DNA of 64,000 nt from an uncultured bacterium (GTDB lineage: Bacteria > Electryoneota > RPQS01 > CBDVBD01). Shown piece after piece: positions 28,423-38,640 of the stretch. The stretch lies in NCBI GenBank assembly GCA_965372135.1, contig CBDVBD010000001.1:3964-67963 (forward strand), in the 5' to 3' direction. The position numbers and the translations under genes are program-made. The first letter of the stretch is position 1, and each line of letters opens with the position of its first letter. Below the pieces are notes generated by a model. It did not search any database, had not been told where the DNA came from, and was given only the letters and a program-made list of their open reading frames with translations.

Positions 28423-29676
28423 ATGGACCGTCAAATCAAGAAAAAGAAGTGGACACCAAAACGGATTGCTACGATGTCCTTAGCTGCCGTTTTTTTGGTA
28501 TTTGCATTGAAAGTCATTTTATTCGATACCAGGGACACCAAGCTGAATGTCAATGCCGAAAGGCTGTCTATTTCCACCGTTACAAAAGGACCATTTCAGG
28601 AATTTATCGCGGTGACCGGAACCTTGATTCCCATCAAGACCATCTATTTGGACGCCATCGAGGGGGGTAGGGTGGATTCGATATACCTGGAAGCTGGGAC
28701 CTATGTCAATAGAGGCGACAGTATTTTGAAATTGGTGAATACCAACCTGATGATGGATATTATGTACCGGGAAGCGGAGCTGTTCCAACAGAGCAATAAT
28801 CTGAGAAACACACGGCTTTTGATGGAGCAAAACCGTCTGAGAATCCAAGGTGAGATTCTGGAATTGGATTACCAGATTACCCAGCAGCGGCGTGTAGTGG
28901 AAAATAATGAGGAATTGAAAAAGAGGAATTTGATTGCCGATCAGGACTATGAGGAAGCATTGGATCAGTACCAGTATTTGATGAATACACGGGATCTGAC
29001 ATTGGTATCCCACCGGCAGGATTCGGTATTTCGGGAGGTGCAGGTTGAACAATTGGAGGCAGGGCTGGACCGGATGGAAGAAAACCTCGAATTTGTGAGA
29101 CAAAATGTGGAAAACTTGATTCTGAAGGCTCCCTTTTCCGGCCATCTGACGTCGTTGAATGCGGAGATCGGGGAATCAAAAGTCCGGGGAGAACGGTTGG
29201 GGCAGATCGATGTGTTGGACGGTTTCAAAGTGCGCGTGGCGGTGGATGAGCACTATATCACCCGGGTGAATATCGGGCTCAGAGGGGAATTTACCTTGGC
29301 GGATTCGATCTATCAATTGATAATCAAGAAAGTGTATCCGGAGGTGATTAACGGCAGGTTTGAAGTGAACATGGAATTTGTGGATCAGGAACCGGAGGAA
29401 GTCCGGCGCGGGCAATCGCTGCATATCCGGTTGGAATTAGGAGATTTGTCGGAAGCACTGCTTCTGGATCGCGGCGGATTTTACCAGAGCACCGGCGGGC
29501 AGTGGGTATATGTGTTGGACGAATCAGAACAGTTTGCGATAAAGCGCAAGATCAGGATCGGGCGGCAGAATCCGGAAGTGTTTGAGGTGTTGGAAGGGTT
29601 GGAACCGGGTGAGAAGGTGATAACCTCGTCTTATAGTAACTACGGAGATGTGGATAGATTAATGCTAAAACAGTAG
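28423..29676 (+). CDS. HlyD-family periplasmic adaptor (membrane fusion protein) of the ABC efflux system
   Basis: N-terminal TM anchor. Barrel-sandwich/biotinyl-like motif and long coiled-coil hairpin. Beta-barrel C-terminal region. Start ATG 28423 with GAGGAATGGAAG upstream. Confidence 0.8.
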   Translation: MDRQIKKKKWTPKRIATMSLAAVFLVFALKVILFDTRDTKLNVNAERLSISTVTKGPFQEFIAVTGTLIPIKTIYLDAIEGGRVDSIYLEAGTYVNRGDSILKLVNTNLMMDIMYREAELFQQSNNLRNTRLLMEQNRLRIQGEILELDYQITQQRRVVENNEELKKRNLIADQDYEEALDQYQYLMNTRDLTLVSHRQDSVFREVQVEQLEAGLDRMEENLEFVRQNVENLILKAPFSGHLTSLNAEIGESKVRGERLGQIDVLDGFKVRVAVDEHYITRVNIGLRGEFTLADSIYQLIIKKVYPEVINGRFEVNMEFVDQEPEEVRRGQSLHIRLELGDLSEALLLDRGGFYQSTGGQWVYVLDESEQFAIKRKIRIGRQNPEVFEVLEGLEPGEKVITSSYSNYGDVDRLMLKQ

Positions 29677-29695
29677 TAACAGAAAATCTTTTACA

Positions 29696-29734
29696 TGCTT
29701 TCGTGGTGCAGGGTGTCAACGAATCTTGATTCCT
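29696..29734 (+). other. Perfect 10-bp-stem hairpin (GTGCAGGGTG / CACCCTGCAC, 19-nt loop) in the adaptor-ATPase intergenic region
   Basis: Begins 20 nt after the adaptor stop. Followed by an A-run rather than a T-run, so it is not a canonical terminator. Confidence 0.4.
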
Positions 29735-29798
29735 CACCCTGCACAAAAACCGAATTCGAAACATAAAAAAATGTACAACATACAACATGGAGTCGAGA

Positions 29799-30488
29799 AT
29801 GATTAGGACCAAGAACCTCAAGAAAGGTTACACTACGGAAGAGGTGGAAACCACAGCGCTGGACAAGGTGAATGTGGAGATCAAAGAGGGTGAATTTGTT
29901 GCCATCATGGGTCCGTCGGGGTGTGGAAAATCCACCCTGCTGAACGTGATGGGGATGCTGGATAATCCTACGGAAGGGGAATATTATTTCCTGGGTAATG
30001 AGGTGTCCAAGTCCACGGAACGGCAGCGGGCGCAACTTAGGAAACGGAACATCGGGTTTGTGTTTCAGAGCTTTAACCTGATCGACGAATTGACCGTATT
30101 CGAAAATATCGAACTGCCGCTCTTGTATTTGGGGGTCTCATCCTCCGATCGCAAAACGCGGGTAGGTGAAGTGATGGAGCAGATGCAGATCACACCTCGG
30201 AAAAACCATTTTCCCCAGCAGCTATCCGGTGGTCAGCAGCAGCGTGTGGCGGTTGCGCGAGCGGTGATTGCCAAACCCAAGCTGATTCTGGCGGATGAGC
30301 CCACCGGGAACCTGGATTCCAGCCACGGCGATGAGGTAATGAAAAATCTAACCGCGTTGAACGAAACCGGCACCACCATCATCATGGTGACGCACTCACC
30401 AACCTATGCCGACTACGCACACCGCACCATTCATCTGTTTGACGGTCATGTGGTTACCGAAAATATCAGCGGGACGGTCAGTGTTTAA
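29799..30488 (+). CDS. ABC transporter ATP-binding protein (MacB/LolD-type stand-alone ATPase), copy 1
   Basis: Walker A GPSGCGKST, signature LSGGQQQRVAVARA, Walker B ILADEPTGNLD. ATG 29799 is preferred (GGAG 6 nt upstream). The ORF track starts at 29787. Confidence 0.85.
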   Translation: MIRTKNLKKGYTTEEVETTALDKVNVEIKEGEFVAIMGPSGCGKSTLLNVMGMLDNPTEGEYYFLGNEVSKSTERQRAQLRKRNIGFVFQSFNLIDELTVFENIELPLLYLGVSSSDRKTRVGEVMEQMQITPRKNHFPQQLSGGQQQRVAVARAVIAKPKLILADEPTGNLDSSHGDEVMKNLTALNETGTTIIMVTHSPTYADYAHRTIHLFDGHVVTENISGTVSV

Positions 30489-30567
30489 TGATCTCCTCAA
30501 CAACTGGTATTCAGAGAATCCGGCTGACGCATTAAAATATGAATGATCTAACATTAATGAGTTACCC

Positions 30568-33018
30568 ATGTTTGAAAATTACCTGAAAGTGGCATTTCGC
30601 AATCTAATTCGGAACAAACTGTATTCTGTCATCAGCGTAATAGGTTTGTCGGTGGGAATTGCCTGTTGTACCTTGATTTTCCTGTATGTGCAGCAGGAAT
30701 TATCCTTCGACCGATTCCATGTGAATGCGGATAATCTCTATCGCATGGTTCGATACGAAGTAGGAACCGATGAGCTTGCCAATGGAACTGCCTCCATGTC
30801 GGCACTTCTTAATGCAGAATTGAAGGAAACCTTTCCGGAAGTTGTGGGCGCAACACGGGTTTCCGGCTCACAACAATTGGTGCAGCATGGTGACCAGTCG
30901 TTTTCCGAAGCAGTGGTGTTTGTGGATCCCGATTTCTTTCAGATGTTCTCCTTTCCTCTGATTCAGGGTGACATTGGCAGTGTGCTCGATGATCTGAATT
31001 CTACTGTGCTTACCCCTGAGATGGCACGGAAGTATTTCGGCGATGAAGATCCCATCGGCGCTACTATTACTATGCAGTTAGGGGAAACTACCCTCGATTT
31101 TTCCGTATCGGGAATTATCGAGGAAGCTCCGGACAATTCCAGTATTCAGTACAGTTTTTTGGTCTCTAACGACCATTTGAAATATATTTTCCCCGAAAGG
31201 TTATTGGAAACTTGGGGTATTATTCTTTTTCCCACCTATGTGCAATTAAAACCTGAAACAGATATTCAGGCTTTCGAGCAAAAGGTGACCGGTCATATCG
31301 ATCGGTTGTCTAAAGAGGAGGGAATCGAAAGTACTCTATTATTTATGGCAGAGCCGCTGACCGAAATCCATCTGAATCCCAACCTGGATGGAGCGATGAT
31401 ACCCAGCAGCGATCCGCTGTATTCATATATTTTAGCTGCTATCGCCTTTGCCATGTTATTGATTGCCTGCATCAATTTCATGACGTTGGCAGTGGGACGA
31501 TCCAGCAGCAGGGCGCGGGAAGTGGGTTTAAGGAAGGTATTGGGCGCTCAGCGAGAACAAATCATGAAGCAGTTTTGGGGAGAAGCACTGTTTCTAAGCG
31601 TTACAGCATTAATTATTGGTGTTGCACTGGCTGAAGTTTTCTTGCCCACATTTAATGAATTGGCTCAGAAGGAGCTGTCGCTGAATTTATTTTCTGATTG
31701 GACTATGCTGCCGGCGCTGATTGTAATAACATTGATAACTTCATTCTTGGCTGGGATTTATCCGGCAATGCTTTTGTCCAAGCTCTACCCCGTGGATACC
31801 TTCCGCGGGGCGATCAAATTGGGAGGCAAAAGCGGTCTAATCAATGGATTGGTTGTGCTGCAATTTGCCATTTCGGTGTTTCTGATAGTGTGCACGTTTA
31901 TCATATCATCGCAGATGAAGTATATCAATACCGAGGATCTTGGATATAATAAGGAAATGGCTGTAACATTTCCCACTGGTGTCACTGGCGAAGAGGCGGC
32001 GAACCTTCTAACTCGGTTCCGCAATGAAGTTACCGGTCAGGCATCGGTGGTAGATGTGACTGGGTATTCCTACGGATTGGGGCAGTCGTGGCTTTACATC
32101 AACTACGGTGATGAGGAAGGATTTACGGTTTTGATAGGCGAAGACATCACCGGTCCGGGGTATGCCGATGCCTCGGAACATGCAAAAGATTATTTCTATA
32201 TCAATTGGGTTGATCCCTATTACATCCCAACCATGGGGATTAATGTAGTTGAAGGACGCAATTTCCTACCCGACCATCCCGCGGACGTGAATGGCGCAAT
32301 TATCCTCAATCAAACCGCGGTGGAAAATTTTGGCTGGGAGGATGCCATCGGCAAGCAGCTTCCCAAGGGATTTAGTGATGCCATGGTGGTAGGAGTGATG
32401 GAAGATTTCCATTACTATCCCATGCACAGAGACATCGAACCGCTGGTTCTACATATGCCCCGACACGATCACCTGAGCAGCATCAACGGAATCGCAGTGC
32501 GGATTCTATCTGAGGACCTTCAGGGAACATTGGCATATCTTGAGGATGCATGGACGAATGTCAGTAACGGGAATCCGTTTAGTTATTCCTTTTTGGATGA
32601 GGATATCGCCAACCAATATTTCAACGAGCTACGGTGGCGTAACATCGTCAAGTATTCGTCGGTTTTCTCGTTTCTGGTGGCGTGTTTGGGATTGTTTGGA
32701 TTGACGTCGTTGGCGGTGGCAAAGCGCACCAGGGAAGTGGGAATTCGAAAGGTGTTGGGCGCCTCGGTATCACGGATTGTCGGGATGTTTACCTGGGATT
32801 TCGCGATTTTAGTGATTATTGCGAACGTTATCGCCTGGCCGGTAGGGTATTTTGTGATGAAACGGTGGCTGGAAGAGTTTGCTTTCCGCACCAATATCAG
32901 CATGGTGACCTTTATTCTGACCGGCGCGATTGCCCTTGCGATTGCGTTATTGACGGTGAGTTTTCAGGCGGTGAAAGTCGCTTTAGCGAATCCGGTGGAT
33001 GCTTTAAGATATGAATAA
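30568..33018 (+). CDS. MacB/FtsX-type ABC permease, double FtsX domain (paralog 1 of 10)
   Basis: 816 aa. N-terminus MFENYLKVAFRNLIRNK with TM1. Two periplasmic-core/FtsX modules with motifs ...IACINFMTLAVGRSSSRAREVGLRKVLGA... C-terminus ANPVDALRYE. Confidence 0.8.
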   Translation: MFENYLKVAFRNLIRNKLYSVISVIGLSVGIACCTLIFLYVQQELSFDRFHVNADNLYRMVRYEVGTDELANGTASMSALLNAELKETFPEVVGATRVSGSQQLVQHGDQSFSEAVVFVDPDFFQMFSFPLIQGDIGSVLDDLNSTVLTPEMARKYFGDEDPIGATITMQLGETTLDFSVSGIIEEAPDNSSIQYSFLVSNDHLKYIFPERLLETWGIILFPTYVQLKPETDIQAFEQKVTGHIDRLSKEEGIESTLLFMAEPLTEIHLNPNLDGAMIPSSDPLYSYILAAIAFAMLLIACINFMTLAVGRSSSRAREVGLRKVLGAQREQIMKQFWGEALFLSVTALIIGVALAEVFLPTFNELAQKELSLNLFSDWTMLPALIVITLITSFLAGIYPAMLLSKLYPVDTFRGAIKLGGKSGLINGLVVLQFAISVFLIVCTFIISSQMKYINTEDLGYNKEMAVTFPTGVTGEEAANLLTRFRNEVTGQASVVDVTGYSYGLGQSWLYINYGDEEGFTVLIGEDITGPGYADASEHAKDYFYINWVDPYYIPTMGINVVEGRNFLPDHPADVNGAIILNQTAVENFGWEDAIGKQLPKGFSDAMVVGVMEDFHYYPMHRDIEPLVLHMPRHDHLSSINGIAVRILSEDLQGTLAYLEDAWTNVSNGNPFSYSFLDEDIANQYFNELRWRNIVKYSSVFSFLVACLGLFGLTSLAVAKRTREVGIRKVLGASVSRIVGMFTWDFAILVIIANVIAWPVGYFVMKRWLEEFAFRTNISMVTFILTGAIALAIALLTVSFQAVKVALANPVDALRYE

Positions 33019-33036
33019 CAAGGATTAGGAGTAACT

Positions 33037-35433
33037 ATGATTAAGAATTATCTGAAGATTGCCTTGCGAAACCTGATCAAACACAAAGCGTATTCCGTCA
33101 TCAATGTGGCGGGATTGGCGATCGGGATCACGTGTTGTTTTCTGATAATTTCTTATGTGGTCAATGAATTGCAGTTCGAACGATTTCATGAGAATAGGGA
33201 TCGGATTTACCGGGTGACCACGGAAGTGAACTTCGGTGGGCGGACAGACTTTTTGGCGATGGGGACGGTTCCATTGCTGCCGATTATGGATGATGAAATC
33301 CCGGAAGTGGAACATTCAGTTAGGTTTAGTCCGGAACGGAATGTGTTGATCAGTTATGAGAATAACCGCTTTCAGGAACCAAATTTCTACTTTGCCGATT
33401 CCACGTTGTTTGAGGTGTTTACCTTCCCCTTGAAGCAGGGCGATCCAAACTCCGTATTGAGTAAACCTTTTACGATGGTAATTACCGAGGAAATGGCGCA
33501 AAAATATTTTAGTGATGATGACCCGATTGGGAAGGTGTTAAAGTACGAAAACGAGCATGATTTTGAGGTGACCGGTATCCTGCAGAATATACCTCCCCAT
33601 ACACAGCTTCGTGGTGATTTCTTTGCCTCGTTTTCAAGCAAGATCGCATTCGAAACCCCGGATTTCCAAAGCTGGGGACGTCTGGGTGAAACGTACAATT
33701 ATATCTTATTGATAAAAGGAGCTAATCCGTCGGTAGTGGAGGAAAAGATTCCCGGGTTACTGGAGAAGCATGTTGATCCGGGGATGGCGTCGATTTTCAC
33801 GTTTCATTTACAGCCCTTGAAGCGTGTTTATCTTCATTCGGATTTGATGGGAGAACTTCGACCAAAGGGTAATATAGGGTATGTGTATCTGTTCTCCGCG
33901 ATCGCGATTTTGATTCTGTTGATTGCCTGTATCAATTTTATGAATTTGTCCACTGCGCGGTCGATGCACCGAGCCCGGGAAGTCAGCCTCCGGAAGACAT
34001 TTGGTGCAAACCGACAACAAATAATTAACCAGTTCTTAGGTGAATCGATTGCGATTACATCTGTTTCGCTTCTGCTTTCGGTTGCATTGTTCGAGCTTCT
34101 CCTGCCGGTATTTAACCGATTTGTGGAAAAAGAGCTTTCCACGGATTATTTACACCAGATTTGGATGATACCGGGGCTGGTGGTAATTACCATGGTGGTG
34201 GGATTGATTGCCGGAAGTTATCCTGCGTTTTTCCTGTCGAGATTTCAACCGGTGAAAATACTGAAAAGCAGCACATCCACCTCATCAACAAAATCCCTTC
34301 TTCGAAGGACATTGGTGGTGTTTCAATTTGCGATTTCCATTACGTTGATTGTGGCGACTTCGGTGGTGTTCAGTCAACTGCATTTTGTGAAGAACACGGA
34401 TTTGGGGTTTGAAATGGACCATGTGGTGATTCTGCAAATGGACACTCCGATTGTGCAGCAGCAGTATGAGCCCATGAAACGGGAATTACTGCAGGATCCG
34501 AACATTATAGATGTCGCAGGGGCATTTTCACTGCCCGCCAACGGTCGGTTGATGAAGACAGGTGTAACTGCTGAAGGATTGTATCCGGAAAAGATTCCAC
34601 CGATGCAGGCAGTTAGTGTGGATTACGATTATGTGGATGTGTTGGGTCTTGAGATGGTGCAGGGGCGGAATTTTTCTAAAGAGTTCAGCACCGATGAAAG
34701 ACAAGCGGTTATCTTGAACCAGACGGCAGTGAATACGTTAGGTTGGCAGGATCCGATTGGAAAACAATTTTCGGTGCCTGGTGAATGTACGATTGAACAT
34801 GGGGATGCGTATGTGATTGGAGTGGTGAAGGATTTTCATCTTCGATCGATGCGTGAAACCATCGAACCCATGTTTATGTTTATCAAACCATCCCTGTACC
34901 AATTATTGGCGGTTCGAGTAAAGCCACAGGATATTTCCGGGGCGTTGGCATCGATAGAGCGGATTTGGGGGACCTATGCAGGATCGACTCCTTTCAATTA
35001 TTCCTTTATCGAAGAGGATTTCGATGAGATGTACCGTTCCGAAGCCAAACTCAGCCAGATTTTTACCGCCTTTTCACTGTTGGCAGTGTTTATCGGGTGT
35101 TTGGGGTTGTTCGGATTGACGGCATTTGCCGCGGAACAGCGCACCAAGGAGATCGGAATCCGGAAGGTGCTGGGAGCATCCGTTACGAATATCGTTGGCT
35201 TGTTGTCCAAGGAATTCGTGATATTGGTGATAGCTGCGAATGTGATTGCTTGGCCCATTGCGTATTACAGCATGAATAAGTGGCTCGAAAATTTCGTCTA
35301 TCATATTGAAATGTCAGTATTTACTTTCGTGATGGCAGCATTAATTGCTTTGGTGATTGCGGTTGGCACTATGAGTTTTCAGGCAATTCGGGCAGCACTC
35401 TCGAATCCGGTGGATGCGTTACGCTATGAGTAA
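33037..35433 (+). CDS. MacB/FtsX-type ABC permease (paralog 2)
   Basis: 798 aa. N-terminus MIKNYLKIALRNLIKHK. FtsX motifs LIACINFMNLSTARSMHRAREVSLRK and EQRTKEIGIRKVLGA. Ends NPVDALRYE. RBS AGGAG. Confidence 0.8.
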   Translation: MIKNYLKIALRNLIKHKAYSVINVAGLAIGITCCFLIISYVVNELQFERFHENRDRIYRVTTEVNFGGRTDFLAMGTVPLLPIMDDEIPEVEHSVRFSPERNVLISYENNRFQEPNFYFADSTLFEVFTFPLKQGDPNSVLSKPFTMVITEEMAQKYFSDDDPIGKVLKYENEHDFEVTGILQNIPPHTQLRGDFFASFSSKIAFETPDFQSWGRLGETYNYILLIKGANPSVVEEKIPGLLEKHVDPGMASIFTFHLQPLKRVYLHSDLMGELRPKGNIGYVYLFSAIAILILLIACINFMNLSTARSMHRAREVSLRKTFGANRQQIINQFLGESIAITSVSLLLSVALFELLLPVFNRFVEKELSTDYLHQIWMIPGLVVITMVVGLIAGSYPAFFLSRFQPVKILKSSTSTSSTKSLLRRTLVVFQFAISITLIVATSVVFSQLHFVKNTDLGFEMDHVVILQMDTPIVQQQYEPMKRELLQDPNIIDVAGAFSLPANGRLMKTGVTAEGLYPEKIPPMQAVSVDYDYVDVLGLEMVQGRNFSKEFSTDERQAVILNQTAVNTLGWQDPIGKQFSVPGECTIEHGDAYVIGVVKDFHLRSMRETIEPMFMFIKPSLYQLLAVRVKPQDISGALASIERIWGTYAGSTPFNYSFIEEDFDEMYRSEAKLSQIFTAFSLLAVFIGCLGLFGLTAFAAEQRTKEIGIRKVLGASVTNIVGLLSKEFVILVIAANVIAWPIAYYSMNKWLENFVYHIEMSVFTFVMAALIALVIAVGTMSFQAIRAALSNPVDALRYE

Positions 35434-35539
35434 ACATCGATCAGATACATCTAAGATAAACAAGGACATCGTCAGCACAAGTCCTGCTTCCGAGGTTGAA
35501 GAGCCGCTGGCGACTGTGGATCGTACCATTCCTAATGTG

Positions 35540-36320
35540 ACGTCCAATGATTACTCTCTTCAACCGGTTGTAATATATCTCCATTCCCACTTCTCCTTCG
35601 AAGGATCGGGTGGCAGTTTCGCATTCATTAACATCCTCTCAATGATTGCAGTTCTCATTTTGTTGATAGCCTGCTTCAACTTCATGAATCTTAAAACTGC
35701 CAGATCTGCCACCCGGTCCATAGAAGTGGGGCTTTATGAAAGTAATGGAGGTTTCTAAGGGCGCCTGAAGGGTCAACATCATCATTTTGTGAGGTTTTGT
35801 TATGTTTGGCACATTTTGGGAAATCGTTCGGCGGGATGTCGCGGATATCAGTGCGAATCTCGTGAGTAATCTTGCCGGCTTCATTGTCAGTATGGTGTGT
35901 TGTGTGTTGGTGTTTCTCTGTATTCAGAATAACCTGAATACGACTAACACCCATAGTGAATTGAATCCGAAACAACCCATGAACATAGAATACGACCGTG
36001 GAATGAAAGGCGTTTCTATTCACGGTACTTCGTCAATGGTGATACCGTCCATTGACGAAGGGTTTTGCTTGTGTGACATGTTTTCCTTTCCGTTGGTGAT
36101 GAATGTGCGGAATAATTCAATTTTTCAAGAACAGAGGGGCTTAATCACCCATCCGATGATTCAGCGACAACTGGACGGACAAAACCAACCGACACAACCT
36201 GAACACACAGACCAAATAAACTGTCCAACTAAACCATGGCGGGATGTTTCAAGGATCGATTATGGTCGAATGAACCATCATGTAAGATATAAACTACTGT
36301 CTAAGTTTCAAAGTAGTTAA
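35540..36320 (+). pseudogene. Decayed MacB/FtsX permease remnants: an internal TM2-region fragment followed by an N-terminal TM1-region fragment
   Basis: Fragment 1 (...SFAFINILSMIAVLILLIACFNFMNLKTARSATRSIEVGL..) matches the conserved FtsX block. Fragment 2 (...AGFIVSMVCCVLVFLCIQNNL... ...CDMFSFPLVMN..) resembles the permease N-terminus and FxFPLxxG block. Both carry stops and frame breaks. Confidence 0.5.
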
Positions 36321-36378
36321 TTGTCTGTCGAATATAAAGATCGACTGTGTTGTTTCTCTCAACAAAAAGGAGTTGCTC

Positions 36379-37047
36379 GTGATACGCTTAAAAGATGTAA
36401 CCAAATTCTACTCTGCTGGAACCATGAATACCTATGTCTTGCGTCACATAGATTTGGAAATCGAGGAAGGTGAATTTGTGACTATAATGGGACCATCCGG
36501 TGCCGGTAAAACTACTCTAATGAACATCATTGGTATGCTGGATTCCATGTCGGAAGGGGAATATTATTTCCTTGATCAGGAAGTGCACCGCCTCAACGAG
36601 AAAAAACGGGCTGCACTGTACAAGGAAAACATGGGATTCGTGTTTCAGAGCTACCATCTAATCGATGAACTCACGGTGTACGAAAACCTGGAAACCCCGC
36701 TTCTGTACAAGAAAATCAAGGGTGGTGAGCGCAAAAGCATGGTGTGTGATATTTTGGACCGGTTTCAGGTTGTGGGAAAGAAAAACCTATTTCCGAATCA
36801 GTTATCCGGCGGACAGCAGCAGCAAATCGGCGTAGCTCGGGCGATCATTACCAATCCAAATCTACTGTTAGCGGATGAGCCCACCGGGAACCTCCATTCT
36901 TCACAGGGGGAGGAAATCATGGATATGTTCACCCAGTTGAACAAGGACGGCACCACCATCATTCAGGTCACACACTCGGAAAAGAATGCCGCCTACGGCA
37001 ACCGGATTATTTACCTGAAAGACGGTTGGATTGTGGACAGTCTCTAA
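36379..37047 (+). CDS. ABC transporter ATP-binding protein (MacB/LolD-type), copy 2
   Basis: Walker A GPSGAGKTT, signature LSGGQQQQIGVARA, Walker B LLADEPTGNL. GTG start 36379 lies 6 nt after AAGGAG (the ORF track gave TTG 36373). Confidence 0.8.
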   Translation: MIRLKDVTKFYSAGTMNTYVLRHIDLEIEEGEFVTIMGPSGAGKTTLMNIIGMLDSMSEGEYYFLDQEVHRLNEKKRAALYKENMGFVFQSYHLIDELTVYENLETPLLYKKIKGGERKSMVCDILDRFQVVGKKNLFPNQLSGGQQQQIGVARAIITNPNLLLADEPTGNLHSSQGEEIMDMFTQLNKDGTTIIQVTHSEKNAAYGNRIIYLKDGWIVDSL

Positions 37048-37202
37048 TGAACTCATAATTATCCAACTATGGGAAGCCGCCCGGCTGCTGAAAACAGCAC
37101 CGATCAGTGACGCATTGATCTTGAACCAAATCGCCGAACAACAACTGGAACTACCACGTTCGTATTAATAATGTTAACAAAGACTTAACCTTGAGGGACA
37201 AT

Positions 37203-38441
37203 ATGAAGAGGATTACCGCAGCAAATATTTTAATTCTGTGCTTGGTTGCAATTAGCACCAGCGTATGGGCAGTGATCGACAACCAAGGCGTTATCGCAAA
37301 ATACAACACGGTTGCCCTTGGAAGCCAATATAAAACATCCGATTCCGAAGCCGATGCGGTTGCACTCGAACGCATCATAACTGTTGGCAGAACTGACAAC
37401 CGGATTATGGAGTATTTGGATTATTTGTGCAACGAAATCGGTGGGCGTCCCGCTGGGTCTGACAATGTACATACCGCAAGTGAATGGGCACGTGACAAGT
37501 TTATCAGCTTTGGCTTATCCAATGTACATATTGAGGAAAGCTCGCATACAGGTGGGGGTGGTTGTGGATCGTGTTCTGGGGATTCAAATATTGTTCGGAA
37601 GATCTTCTGGGCGATAAAGTCTCGGTTTACAAAGAACAAAACGATTCCAATTTATAATGTTGTAGCGGACATTCCAGGCACACAGTACCCGGATGAGTAT
37701 GTGATAGTCGGTGCGCACATCGATTCCGATGATGCCGGAACCGGAGCATCCGACAACGGCACCGGAGTTGCCGCCACATTGGAAGCGGCGCGGCTGTTGA
37801 TGGAATCAGGCGCTAAACCACGTCGCACCATAAGATTCATCCTATTTGATGGGGAGGAGATTGGAAAAATTGGGTCCCAAGCTTACGTATCTAATCATCC
37901 GGAACTAACGTCGAAAATCACTGCAATGCTGAATATGGATCAGGGTAGTGATCATATCTCGGGAATCCATGCCACCGAAGCTATGATGGGTGATTTCCGG
38001 AATGTATTTGCACCGATCGAATCACTAAATCAGGAAATGCCTTTCAAGATTGAGAAAGTCGATCACTTGTCGGATATTATCAAGGAATGCTGTGGAAGTG
38101 CTGGCACCAGCGATCACGGATCGTTTTTTGAAGCCGGTGTGCCGGCGTTTTCTTGGCTGCAGCAGGGAAAGAATCCGGTTCGATACCAGCCGCATACGAA
38201 ACATGATACTTACGACAAAGTAAATCCCGACCATCAGGAACATTCGACAATGGTAGTTGCGATTGGCGCTTTGGGAATTGCTAATCTAGACCATATGTTG
38301 TACCGGTCACACTCAACATCGTTGGTCGATCAGGATTCACCAAACCAACCCAAAATCATCAATTGGTGCTACAAATTGTTAATGAGTTATAAGCATATAG
38401 TGAAGCAAGTTCGGCAGGACAGCACACCTGCTATTGAGTGA
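37203..38441 (+). CDS. M28-family zinc peptidase (aminopeptidase-like), secreted
   Basis: Signal peptide. Metal-ligand blocks VIVGAHIDSDDAGTGASDNGTGVAATLEAARLL and ILFDGEEIG. ATG 37203 is preferred over TTG 37191. Confidence 0.75.
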   Translation: MKRITAANILILCLVAISTSVWAVIDNQGVIAKYNTVALGSQYKTSDSEADAVALERIITVGRTDNRIMEYLDYLCNEIGGRPAGSDNVHTASEWARDKFISFGLSNVHIEESSHTGGGGCGSCSGDSNIVRKIFWAIKSRFTKNKTIPIYNVVADIPGTQYPDEYVIVGAHIDSDDAGTGASDNGTGVAATLEAARLLMESGAKPRRTIRFILFDGEEIGKIGSQAYVSNHPELTSKITAMLNMDQGSDHISGIHATEAMMGDFRNVFAPIESLNQEMPFKIEKVDHLSDIIKECCGSAGTSDHGSFFEAGVPAFSWLQQGKNPVRYQPHTKHDTYDKVNPDHQEHSTMVVAIGALGIANLDHMLYRSHSTSLVDQDSPNQPKIINWCYKLLMSYKHIVKQVRQDSTPAIE

Positions 38442-38500
38442 TAAAGGATAGCTATGGTTAAACTGACATCAAATCGTAACCTGATAGATGAATAGTATTC

Positions 38501-38534
38501 GCTGTCATATTAGCCTCATTATGACAGCATTTTG
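38501..38534 (+). terminator. Candidate terminator/attenuator after the M28 gene
   Basis: 9-bp stem GCTGTCATA/TATGACAGC with a 10-nt loop, then ATTTTG. Confidence 0.3.
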
Positions 38535-38640
38535 ATAAATAGTGAAAGAACATACACAGCACACTTAATGATAACAAAATAATGAGCTTCCGACATGTCA
38601 TCATTAGACTATATTTCAATCTAATTGCTGGGAGGGTATC

